Shown here: positions 28,601 through 35,720 of the stretch, piece by piece
Position numbering within the stretch: position 1 is the stretch's first letter
Layout of the letters: every line of letters starts with the position of its first letter
Source: Chloroflexota bacterium
GTDB taxonomy: Bacteria; Chloroflexota; Limnocylindria; Limnocylindrales; CSP1-4
DNA length: 64,000 nt
NCBI GenBank assembly: GCA_017853275.1
Contig: JAFMJV010000003.1
Coordinates: 64,649-128,648 of the forward strand
Reading direction: 5' to 3'
The notes under the pieces: model-generated
Told to the model about the DNA's origin: nothing
Seen by the model: only the letters and a program-made list of their open reading frames with translations
Databases searched by the model: none
Position numbers and translations under genes: made by a program

Positions 28601-30934
28601 GACGACCTCGTCCCAGGTCCGCACGAGGTCGATGACCGGGGCGCCGGGCGGGAGGGTCGCGATCTCGTCCGGGAGCGGGGGCCGGTCCGCGTTGCCGAGC
28701 CGGAGCGCATCCATCGCGACGGTGTCGATCGAGCGGAGGGTCCGGTCCTCGCCGGCGATCCAGAGCTGATGCTCGTCCGCGTCCAGCACGAGGGCGGTGG
28801 CGGCAGGACCGATCGGACCGGTGCGCTCGCCGGTGGCGAGATCGATCGCGGTCACTCCGTCCGGGCCGGCGATCCAGAGCCGGTCGCCCATCCGGCGGCC
28901 GGGGTCCCCATCCGGGCTCCAGCGCCGCTCCACGAGGGCGTCCGCCACCGCGCCGTCCGCGACCCGCCCGGTGGCGACCACGCGGTTCCCGCCCGTGAGA
29001 TCGACGCTCGCGGCCATCAGGTACTTCGCGAGGTGCGGGTGCGTGTACTCGTAGATCCCGTGCGGGTATCCGTAGCGCCAGTGCTGGAGGAACTCGAGCG
29101 CGGTCCGCGCGTGGTAGACCTCGTCGAAGTACATCCCGTAGGGGTGCGCGAGGTTGGCACCCCGCAGGACGAGGCCCGCGAGGACGATCGCGAGGAGGGC
29201 GGCGGCATCCTTCCGGGTGAGCGTCCCGCCCCGCTCGCGGGCGAGGCCGGCGCTCCGGTCCGCGCGGGCGCGGGGGGCGGAGAGGTAGCGGCCCACGCGG
29301 GACGCCGCGGTCCGCCAGGCATCCCAGCCGGCGGGCGCGGGCATGGCGGCCTCCATCCCGGCGGATGGCGTAGGCGCCGCGAGCGGCCCGGAGCCGCCCA
29401 CGCGGCGGGGGGCAGAGCCGGGTACGGGGGCTTCCATGGGAGCGCCGGGGATGGGGTCGCCCACCGGACGCGCGAGGTCCGGGATGACGCTCCGGCGGAC
29501 CGCCCCGGCGAGCTCGCCGGCGATCCGCTCGAAGGGGTCCGGTGCGATGCGCCGCCGGAGCTCCCAGCCCGCGAGGACGAGTCCCGTCCCCTGGAGGAGG
29601 ATCGCGACGAGGATCGGGAGCGGTCGGCCGGGCCCGAAGGCCTCGCCGAGCGGGAGGCCCGCGATGTTCTCCGTGGAGTAGCCGGGGACCATGAGGATCC
29701 CGTGGAGGTTGATGAAGGAGCCGGCCGCGACCGCGATCAGGGCGGCCATCCAGCGCGGCGAGGCGACGGCGAGGAGCGGCAGGAAGGCGAAGACCGGGAA
29801 GAGGTAGCGCTCGTGGACGCGCGTGGGGAGGAAGAAGAAGGCGAGCGAGAGCCAGACGGCCGCCAGGAGGATCGTCCAGCGGTCCGCGGCGAGGATGCTG
29901 CGCAGGAAGCCCCACAGGAAGCCGAGCGCAAGGAGGACCGTCCCGATGAGGATCCCGGGGAGCGGGCCGAGGAGCGGGACGTCGTCCGGGGACCAGGCGT
30001 AGGCGAGGGCGAGCGGCGGGCTGCCGCCGGCGCCCAGGAGCGCCCACAGGTTGTAGGCGTTCACCGAGAGATACGGATAGCCACCCGCCGTCTGGGACAT
30101 CAGGCTGAGGTACTGGATCGGCCCGATCCCGAAGGGGAGGGCGATGGCGAGGAAGACGAGGACGAAGGCGAGCCCGGCGGTGACGAGCCGGAGGGGTCCC
30201 TGCTCGGCGGCGAGCCACGGCCGGATGGCCGCCGGCCCCCACGGCCGGTTGCGCGGCGCGGATCCCCGGCGGAGGAGATGGCGCGAGATCAGGACGCCCA
30301 CGACGATCGGCGCGAGGACGATCCCGAACTGGGGCTTCATCAACGCCGCGACGGCGAGGAGCGCGGCGGATCCCTCGCCATTGCCGCGCACGAGGGCCGC
30401 GACGGCGAGGAGCATGACGAGCGCCCCCACCGCGTCCGTCTGCCCCCAGATCGCGGAGTCGTAGATCGTGACCGGGTTGAAGAGCCAGACGGCGGCGGCG
30501 ATGAGCGCCAGCTGCGGCGCGCGCCGGCCCGGCCAGGTCCAGCCGAGGACGAGCCGGTAGAGGAGGAACCCGACGGCCAGGTCCGCGGCGATCGCAGGGA
30601 GCTTGATCAGCTCCCCGGTGGCGTTCCCGCCGTCCCCGCCGAGGAACGAGCCGAGGAGACCGATCGGCCACAGGACGAGGAGATAGCCGGGCGGGTAGTC
30701 GGACCAGACGGATCCGTAGAAGCCGCCCGGTCCCCGCTCCGCCATGACGTTCGCCCAGGCGATATAGCTGTTGAGGTCCGTCGCGAAGCCCGATCCGGGG
30801 AAGAGGACATACGCGAGCGTGAGACGGAGGGCGAGAGCGCCGAGCAGGAGTAGGATGAGGGCGGGCGTCTGGGAGACCGGGGGCAGAGGACGCCCAGCCG
30901 ATCCGACCACCGAGCCGGACGAGGTCGGGAACAC
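25700..30934 (-). CDS. Giant polytopic double GT-C glycosyltransferase with a soluble insertion in the PMT/GT39 module
   Basis: The track ORF reaches 31360 (1886 aa). I prefer GTG 30934, which has GGAGG 11 nt upstream and TATACT about 41 nt upstream. Module 1 is a GT-C-like module (FATDLNSYIAWA...DYPPGY). Module 2 is PMT-like (MYFDEVYHAR...YEYTHPHLAKY...NAFAWRLPG...SPWWAWPL...FQYHVY). Confidence 0.75.
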   Translation of the reverse strand: MFPTSSGSVVGSAGRPLPPVSQTPALILLLLGALALRLTLAYVLFPGSGFATDLNSYIAWANVMAERGPGGFYGSVWSDYPPGYLLVLWPIGLLGSFLGGDGGNATGELIKLPAIAADLAVGFLLYRLVLGWTWPGRRAPQLALIAAAVWLFNPVTIYDSAIWGQTDAVGALVMLLAVAALVRGNGEGSAALLAVAALMKPQFGIVLAPIVVGVLISRHLLRRGSAPRNRPWGPAAIRPWLAAEQGPLRLVTAGLAFVLVFLAIALPFGIGPIQYLSLMSQTAGGYPYLSVNAYNLWALLGAGGSPPLALAYAWSPDDVPLLGPLPGILIGTVLLALGFLWGFLRSILAADRWTILLAAVWLSLAFFFLPTRVHERYLFPVFAFLPLLAVASPRWMAALIAVAAGSFINLHGILMVPGYSTENIAGLPLGEAFGPGRPLPILVAILLQGTGLVLAGWELRRRIAPDPFERIAGELAGAVRRSVIPDLARPVGDPIPGAPMEAPVPGSAPRRVGGSGPLAAPTPSAGMEAAMPAPAGWDAWRTAASRVGRYLSAPRARADRSAGLARERGGTLTRKDAAALLAIVLAGLVLRGANLAHPYGMYFDEVYHARTALEFLQHWRYGYPHGIYEYTHPHLAKYLMAASVDLTGGNRVVATGRVADGAVADALVERRWSPDGDPGRRMGDRLWIAGPDGVTAIDLATGERTGPIGPAATALVLDADEHQLWIAGEDRTLRSIDTVAMDALRLGNADRPPLPDEIATLPPGAPVIDLVRTWDEVVLLDADGTLHTIDLTLRQVGPSLSLPGSIALSRAGDAEAVVADPTLIGDLATAAIPLAEALGIDAVAIEERLRTADGPVVLAAWPDDLVRETLQGPIDDGRLTGVSFASVPVVAVAAPAGVEIVDPSSLRILRTLGTESPVLGLGYMPYGTGEPLLYVAREGEVTAWRFDRTGPIPREPVRLPGSGGPVLWNDTASLIHVVGRTAAGEPTVWVIEPNGSSLFADARLPFTPVAVTLDLQPDRPEADRTGLIAVAADGASATVGVGGNAFAWRLPGVILGALTAALLYLLARILFRRRAVAVAVAVLALAEGMLFANARIAMNDVYITFFVVAALTLFAGLWTGRWTRAWQIAAGLMGVGLLLGLALASKWVAAYAIGGIILLVLFRSALGRLLALAGMVVLSAVLGAMALRAADVPDPSRNWLFPIVIILLTVALAAAIVRRPVRMTLDELRFATFVPIVLGVLALIAGGLLFLAPSDPAAPAPPDPRLALLAGIGLIVLGVGVLVAGRLAGAAGIGPLARPGLSRVGPEPSAPPPHAWLLPGAAGGIPWLLALACLTLIPLAVYVAAYLPWAALGNQLWPGFPAGNTGQTLWQLTLGMYDYHDGLRATHAATSPWWAWPLDLKPVWFYQEGFAGGRTGSIYDTGNLVVFWMGIAGLIFSAWAAWRRRSLALTLVIVLFLSMWIPWARIDRATFQYHVYASLPFIVLGLGYLVAELWHGPSRAAWLIARIAAALSLVGAPLLWLFRQPLCAIAGVTEMNPGATACAETVTRTITLSQQAIGILFVLLAGIAVALWIVQISGSTGAPGRNGRWGSVALLGTGGATLLGVVAARLLLSGDPISVEVADIFIALPALIALGIAAILVLRARDPRRLAVGILLAAILFLVAFIPNLSGLPVPSAMANIYQMLLPTWNYDFQFAVNMDPRVEGSTIRADTIVMGILILVAVAATVIAARSRPAPPAGRPPGG

Positions 30935-30965
30935 GCGCTGACCGGCCTCCAGGAGCGAGCGGAGA

Positions 30966-32786
30966 GTGGACGGGAGTATAGCAACGGGCCCCCTGCCGCC
31001 ATTCCCCCCGGATGAAGCGGGTGATGGGCGGTCGCCGACGTCACCCCCGGCTCCGCCCCGGCCCTCGTGGGCACCCCCGGTGCGGCCCGGTCCGGCGACC
31101 CCGTCACCCGTCCCACCGGAGCCTCTCGTCCCCCCGCTCCCGCGCGCCTCGAACGCCGCCGCGGAGCGCTCGCTCGCGGGCTGGGCCGTGGCGGCGATCG
31201 GGGAACCCGCCGCGGAGCCCGGTGAGCCGCCGGCCGGCCGGACCGGCGACCTCCGCTCGCCGGGCGTCCCACCCCCGCCCGGTCCCGGCAGCGACCCCTG
31301 GCAGCTCGCGGCTCCGGCGCCGGGGGAGGCCGGCGGCCCGGCCGTCAGCCCGTGGATCACCGATCCCGGGGAGGTGCCGGCTCCGCCCGTGGCGCTCCCG
31401 GCGCGGCCGGGGAGGAAGCGGCGCGATCGCTCGACGATCCTCGGGCGCTTCCTCGACCGGGTCGACCCGCTGATCGTGGGTGCCCTCCTCTTCCTCGTCG
31501 CTGCGTGGGTCTACCTGGGGAGCAACCCGGGCCGGATCGACTTCTACGACCACTTCACGTGGCAGGCCGAGGCCTGGCTGAGCGGCCACGCGGGGATCCG
31601 CTGGCCCGTCTCGGAGGGGCCCTTCGTGAACGACTACTTCCAGGACGTGCTCCCCCTCGACGACGATCCGGGTCACGCCCTCATCCCCTTCCCGCCGCTC
31701 CCCGCGATCCTCCTTCTCCCCTTCGTGGCGGCCTTCGGGCTGGCGGCGAGCGCCTCCACCCTCGCGGCGGTCCTCGGCGCGCTGAACGTCGTGCTCTGCT
31801 GGCGGATGCTCCTGCGGGTGACGGATCGCCGGGATGCCGCGCTCCTGGGCGCGATCTTCTACGGCTTCGGGACGGTCGCGTGGTACGCGGCGATGCTCGG
31901 GAACACGTGGTTCTACGCTCACGTGGCGGCGTCCACCTTCGTCTTCCTCTCGATCACCGCCGCGCTGGACGCGGACCGGCGGGAGCAGACGGGCCAGGCC
32001 GCGCGGCGGATCGCGGGGATCCTCGTGCCGCGGGCGGTGTGGGCCGGCTTCCTCGCGGGGATCGGGATGCTCGCCCGGCTCCCCACCGGGTTCGGTGCGA
32101 TCTTCCTCGTCTTCGTGGGCGGCGGCGGCCACTGGTTCCGGCGCGGGCTCTCGGCGGCGATCGGGGCGCTGATCCCCGTCCTCCTCCTGCTCGGCTACAA
32201 CCTCACCGTGACCGGGCATCTCTTCCACCCGGCCTACGAGTACCTCTACCGCAACGAGTACCGGCCGGTGGGCGCCTTCTGGAACGATTCGTGGGCGATC
32301 GAGGACCCGCGCTACATCCCCCAGAACGCGATCATCATGCTCGCGTGGCCGCCGGAGCGGCCGATCGAGGAGGACCCCGAGTGCGCCGGCCGGGGGAACC
32401 TCCAGGGCGCGGACCTCCTCTTCGACCGCCAGTGCCCCCTCCTCCGGCCGAGCCCGATCGGGATGAGCATCCTCCTCACGAGCCCCGCCTACCTCCTCAT
32501 GCTCCCCGTCCTGTTGCGCGGGAGGCGGAACCGGCTCGTCCTGGGCGCCGGCCTCGCGGTCCTCCTCATCACGATCGTCAACCTCAGCCACTTCAGCCAG
32601 GGCTGGGTCCAGTTCGGGTACCGCTTCTCCAACGACTTCGCACCGTATGCCGCGATCCTCGTCACGCTGGGGATCGCGAGCGCGCTCCGGAACCGGACAG
32701 GGACCGCGATCGCCGTCCTCCTCGTGGGCGCCTCCGTCCTCGTCAACGCCTGGGGGGTCTGGTGGGGAGTGGCACGGGGATGGTGA
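30966..32786 (+). CDS. GT-C-fold membrane glycosyltransferase (ArnT/PMT_2-like)
   Basis: Polytopic body begins near residue 170 (VDPLIVGALLFLVAAWVYL) and has an acidic first loop (DFYDHF...NDYFQDVLPLDDDP). Start is uncertain: GTG 30966 from the track or GTG 31374. The N-terminus is Pro-rich and low complexity. Confidence 0.6.
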   Translation: MDGSIATGPLPPFPPDEAGDGRSPTSPPAPPRPSWAPPVRPGPATPSPVPPEPLVPPLPRASNAAAERSLAGWAVAAIGEPAAEPGEPPAGRTGDLRSPGVPPPPGPGSDPWQLAAPAPGEAGGPAVSPWITDPGEVPAPPVALPARPGRKRRDRSTILGRFLDRVDPLIVGALLFLVAAWVYLGSNPGRIDFYDHFTWQAEAWLSGHAGIRWPVSEGPFVNDYFQDVLPLDDDPGHALIPFPPLPAILLLPFVAAFGLAASASTLAAVLGALNVVLCWRMLLRVTDRRDAALLGAIFYGFGTVAWYAAMLGNTWFYAHVAASTFVFLSITAALDADRREQTGQAARRIAGILVPRAVWAGFLAGIGMLARLPTGFGAIFLVFVGGGGHWFRRGLSAAIGALIPVLLLLGYNLTVTGHLFHPAYEYLYRNEYRPVGAFWNDSWAIEDPRYIPQNAIIMLAWPPERPIEEDPECAGRGNLQGADLLFDRQCPLLRPSPIGMSILLTSPAYLLMLPVLLRGRRNRLVLGAGLAVLLITIVNLSHFSQGWVQFGYRFSNDFAPYAAILVTLGIASALRNRTGTAIAVLLVGASVLVNAWGVWWGVARGW

Positions 32787-34378
32787 GCGCGGCGCGGCCG
32801 GTGGAGCGACCCCGGCGGGAGCCCTTCCCGGACACGTGGGCTGCGGCCCCGCTCCTCGCAGCGGCGGCCGCCCTCGGGCTCTACCTCCCCACCCTCATGC
32901 CGGGGGTCGGGGTCTGGGACACCGCGGAGTTCCAGGCGCTCGGTCCCACGCTCGGGATCGCCCATCCCACCGGCTACCCGGCCTACACGCTCCTCCTCTG
33001 GCTCGCCTCCGTCGTCCTCCAGCCGTTCGGGGAGCCGGCCTTCCGGGCGAACCTCCTCTCGGCGCTCCTCACCGCCGGGGCGGCCGCCTTCGCCGCGATC
33101 GCCCTCATCCAGCTCACCCGCCGGACGGCGATCGCGCTTGCGGGCGGGATCGCGCTCGCCGTGGCGCCGGTCGCGTGGGCGAACGCGCTGCGCGCGGACC
33201 CCCATCCGTTCCACCTCTTCCTCAGCGCGCTCCTCCTCGTCCTCCTCATCGCCTGGGGCGAGCGGGTCCGCGCCGGCGAGGAGCGGGCGGGCCGCCTTCT
33301 CGTGGCCGCGTCGGCGGTCTGGGCCCTCTCCGTGGGGAACCACGCGCTCAGCCTCCTCCTCGCCCCGGGGATCGCGCTCTACGTCCTCCTCGTCGTGCCG
33401 CCGCGGGCGTGGCTGACGCGCCGGCACTGGGGGCTCGTCCTGGGCTGCATCGTCACGATCGTCGTCATCGTGGTGGCGACCTACGCCTACCTCCCGATCC
33501 GCTCCTCCATGGGACCCCCGCTGGACTACGCCCACCCCGCGGACTGGATCCGCACGGATGCGTGGGGGAACGTGACCGGCGGCTTCCGCTACCTCGTCCT
33601 CGGCGAGCAGTTCCAGGGGACCTTCCGCGAGCTCCCGGAGCTGCGCGAGGCGATCGCCACCGTCTGGGCGCAGCTGGAGGCGAACCTCGGGCCGGCGGCC
33701 TGGCTCGTCCTCCTCGGCATCCCGGCCGGGCTGATCCGGCGGACCCGCGAGACGATCCTCATGCTCGCCTGGTTCGTCATCACCTGGCGCTTCTCGCTCG
33801 GCTATCTGAACGCGGCGATCGAGCGCTACTACCTCGTCCCGATCCTCGTCGCGGTCCTGTGGGCCGGGATGGGGCTCGACCTCGTCTGGAGCGCGCTGGC
33901 CCGGGTGGGCCGGCTCGTCGCGGCACCGGGATCGCGGGCCGCGCAGGCCACCGGGCTCGCGGCTTCGATCCTCATCGGCGGGCTCGCGCTCGGCGTCGTC
34001 CTCCAGCCGGTCCAGGAGCGAGCGCGGATGCTGGACGCCTCCGGCGATACGTGGGCGCAGGCATGGCTGGACGAGGTCCTCGTGGCGCTCCCGCAGGACG
34101 CGGTCATCGTCAGCTGGTGGGGCTGGTCCACGCCGCTCTGGTATGCGATCCACGTGGAAGGCCGGCGGCCGGACCTCCTCGTCATCGACGATCGCAACGT
34201 CCTGGATGACGGCTACGGCGGCGCCGGGGTGGCGATCGATACCTGGCTCGGCCGGCGGCCGGTCTACATCATCCGGCTGGACGGGGATCTCCCCGCCTTC
34301 CAGGAGCGCTGGGGGCTGGAGCCTCTGCCGGGGATCACGACGGGTAGCCCGGTCTACCGGGTCATCCCGCCCTCCTGA
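32780..34378 (+). CDS. DUF2723/TMEM260-like GT-C membrane glycosyltransferase
   Basis: ATG 32780 overlaps the previous stop. The N-terminal loop motif VWDTAEFQALGPTLGIAHPTGYPAY resembles the WDxGEF...HPPG signature of DUF2723 proteins as I recall it. A polytopic N-terminal half is followed by a soluble C-terminal domain. Confidence 0.65.
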   Translation: MVSAARPVERPRREPFPDTWAAAPLLAAAAALGLYLPTLMPGVGVWDTAEFQALGPTLGIAHPTGYPAYTLLLWLASVVLQPFGEPAFRANLLSALLTAGAAAFAAIALIQLTRRTAIALAGGIALAVAPVAWANALRADPHPFHLFLSALLLVLLIAWGERVRAGEERAGRLLVAASAVWALSVGNHALSLLLAPGIALYVLLVVPPRAWLTRRHWGLVLGCIVTIVVIVVATYAYLPIRSSMGPPLDYAHPADWIRTDAWGNVTGGFRYLVLGEQFQGTFRELPELREAIATVWAQLEANLGPAAWLVLLGIPAGLIRRTRETILMLAWFVITWRFSLGYLNAAIERYYLVPILVAVLWAGMGLDLVWSALARVGRLVAAPGSRAAQATGLAASILIGGLALGVVLQPVQERARMLDASGDTWAQAWLDEVLVALPQDAVIVSWWGWSTPLWYAIHVEGRRPDLLVIDDRNVLDDGYGGAGVAIDTWLGRRPVYIIRLDGDLPAFQERWGLEPLPGITTGSPVYRVIPPS

Positions 34379-34409
34379 GCGGCGGGCGGACGGGTAGTAG
34401 GATGCAGCC

Positions 34410-35207
34410 GTGCAAGCCGTAGCCGATCCCGGGGAACGCCGGCGCGTCGCCGCCCTCAGCTACTTCTTCCCCGCGCACAACGAGGAGGAGAACCTCGAGG
34501 CGCTCGTGGACGAGGCCCTCGCGACGCTCCCCCTGCTCGCGGACGAGTTCGAGATCATCGCCGTGAACGACGGCAGCCGCGACCGGACCGGGGAGATCGC
34601 GGACCGGCTCGCCGCCGCGCACCCCGGACGCGTCCGTGCCGTCCACCACGAGGTGAACCGCGGCTATGGCGCCGCGCTCCGGAGCGGCTTCGGGGCGGCG
34701 CGCTACCCGCTCATCTGCTTCACGGACGGGGACCGGCAGTTCCGCGTGGCGGACCTCGGCCGCCTCCTCGACCTGCTCGACCCTGCCGGCGGGGCGCCGG
34801 ACGTGGTGGTGGGCTACCGGATCCAGCGCGCGGACCCCGCGGTCCGGCTCGCCTATGCGCGGGTCTACCGCGCCTGTCTGCGGCTCTTCTTCGGCCTCGG
34901 GGTCCGCGATGTGGACTGCGCCTGCAAGCTCTTCCGGCGCGATGCCCTTGCGGGGATCCGCCTCGAATCGGGCGGCGCCTTCCTCTCCGCGGAGCTGCTC
35001 ATCAAGCTGCGCGCCACGGGCCGCACGATCCGCGAGGTCGGCGTCCCCCATCACCCCCGGGTCGCGGGCCGGCAGTCGGGGGCGAACCCGCGCGTCGTGC
35101 TGCGTGCCGTGCGCGACTTCTGGCGGCTCCGGATCCGGCTCTGGCTGCGCCGGGACGCGGCGCTCCGCCGGGGCGTCCCGGTCCTCGGGGACGAGAGCGG
35201 CCGCTAG
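34410..35207 (+). CDS. GT2 polyprenol-phosphate glycosyltransferase (Ppm1/DPM-synthase-like)
   Basis: FPAHNEEENL...IIAVNDGSRDRT...NRGYGAALRSG...TDGDRQF are GT-A (DXD) motifs of dolichol/polyprenol-phosphate mannose or glucose synthases. GTG start. Confidence 0.8.
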   Translation: MQAVADPGERRRVAALSYFFPAHNEEENLEALVDEALATLPLLADEFEIIAVNDGSRDRTGEIADRLAAAHPGRVRAVHHEVNRGYGAALRSGFGAARYPLICFTDGDRQFRVADLGRLLDLLDPAGGAPDVVVGYRIQRADPAVRLAYARVYRACLRLFFGLGVRDVDCACKLFRRDALAGIRLESGGAFLSAELLIKLRATGRTIREVGVPHHPRVAGRQSGANPRVVLRAVRDFWRLRIRLWLRRDAALRRGVPVLGDESGR

Positions 35208-35710
35208 CCGGCCGCCGGTCCCTCGCTCCGCTCCTCGGGGTCGAGGTCGAGCGAGTTCACGAAGGAGCGGAAGACGGAGAGCCGTTGCTCCTCCTCGTTC
35301 TCCGCGATGACGCCCGCGCGATCCAGGACGCGCTCGCTCGCGTGGATCGGGCAGTCGGCGCGGATCGCGAGCGCGATCGCGTCGCTCGGACGGGCATCCA
35401 CCTCGCGCACGCCGCCGGGCCCGTCCAGGACGATGCGCGCGCGGAAGGTCTCCTCGGCGAGCTCCCGGATCTCCACCCTCTCCACGCTCACCCCAAGGGA
35501 GCGGAGCGTGCGCAGGAAGAGATCGTGGGTGAGGGGCCGCTCGGGGGCGATCCCCTGGAGCCGCATCGCGATCGCGTTCGCCTCCCAGGGGCCGATCCAG
35601 ATCGGCAGGTAGCGCTCGCGCTCCAGCTCCCGGAGGATGACCACGTGCTGGCCCGTGGGGCCATGGACGCGCACGCTCTCGACCACGACCTCGATCCCGA
35701 CCGGCTCCAT
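35204..35710 (-). CDS. Bifunctional nuclease family protein (DUF151/BFN)
   Basis: ATG 35710 follows a CAGGAGA RBS. LPIWIGPWEANAIAMRLQG...THDL...VDARPSDAIALA is the DUF151 signature. The gene overlaps the convergent GT2 gene by 4 nt. Confidence 0.8.
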   Translation of the reverse strand: MEPVGIEVVVESVRVHGPTGQHVVILRELERERYLPIWIGPWEANAIAMRLQGIAPERPLTHDLFLRTLRSLGVSVERVEIRELAEETFRARIVLDGPGGVREVDARPSDAIALAIRADCPIHASERVLDRAGVIAENEEEQRLSVFRSFVNSLDLDPEERSEGPAAG

Positions 35711-35720
35711 CGTCTCCTGC

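Noticed and set aside
25247-30853. 1868-aa plus-strand ORF
   Set aside because: It is the antisense shadow of the giant GT-C gene. The translation is Arg/Asp/Glu/Gly/Pro low-complexity sequence with no TM segments or motifs. The minus-strand frame carries clear PMT/GT-C signatures.
35204-35207. 4-nt overlap of the convergent stop codons of the GT2 and DUF151 genes as a special regulatory feature
   Set aside because: Overlapping convergent stops (cTAG/CTAg) are common in compact high-GC genomes, and there is no additional structure to support a function.
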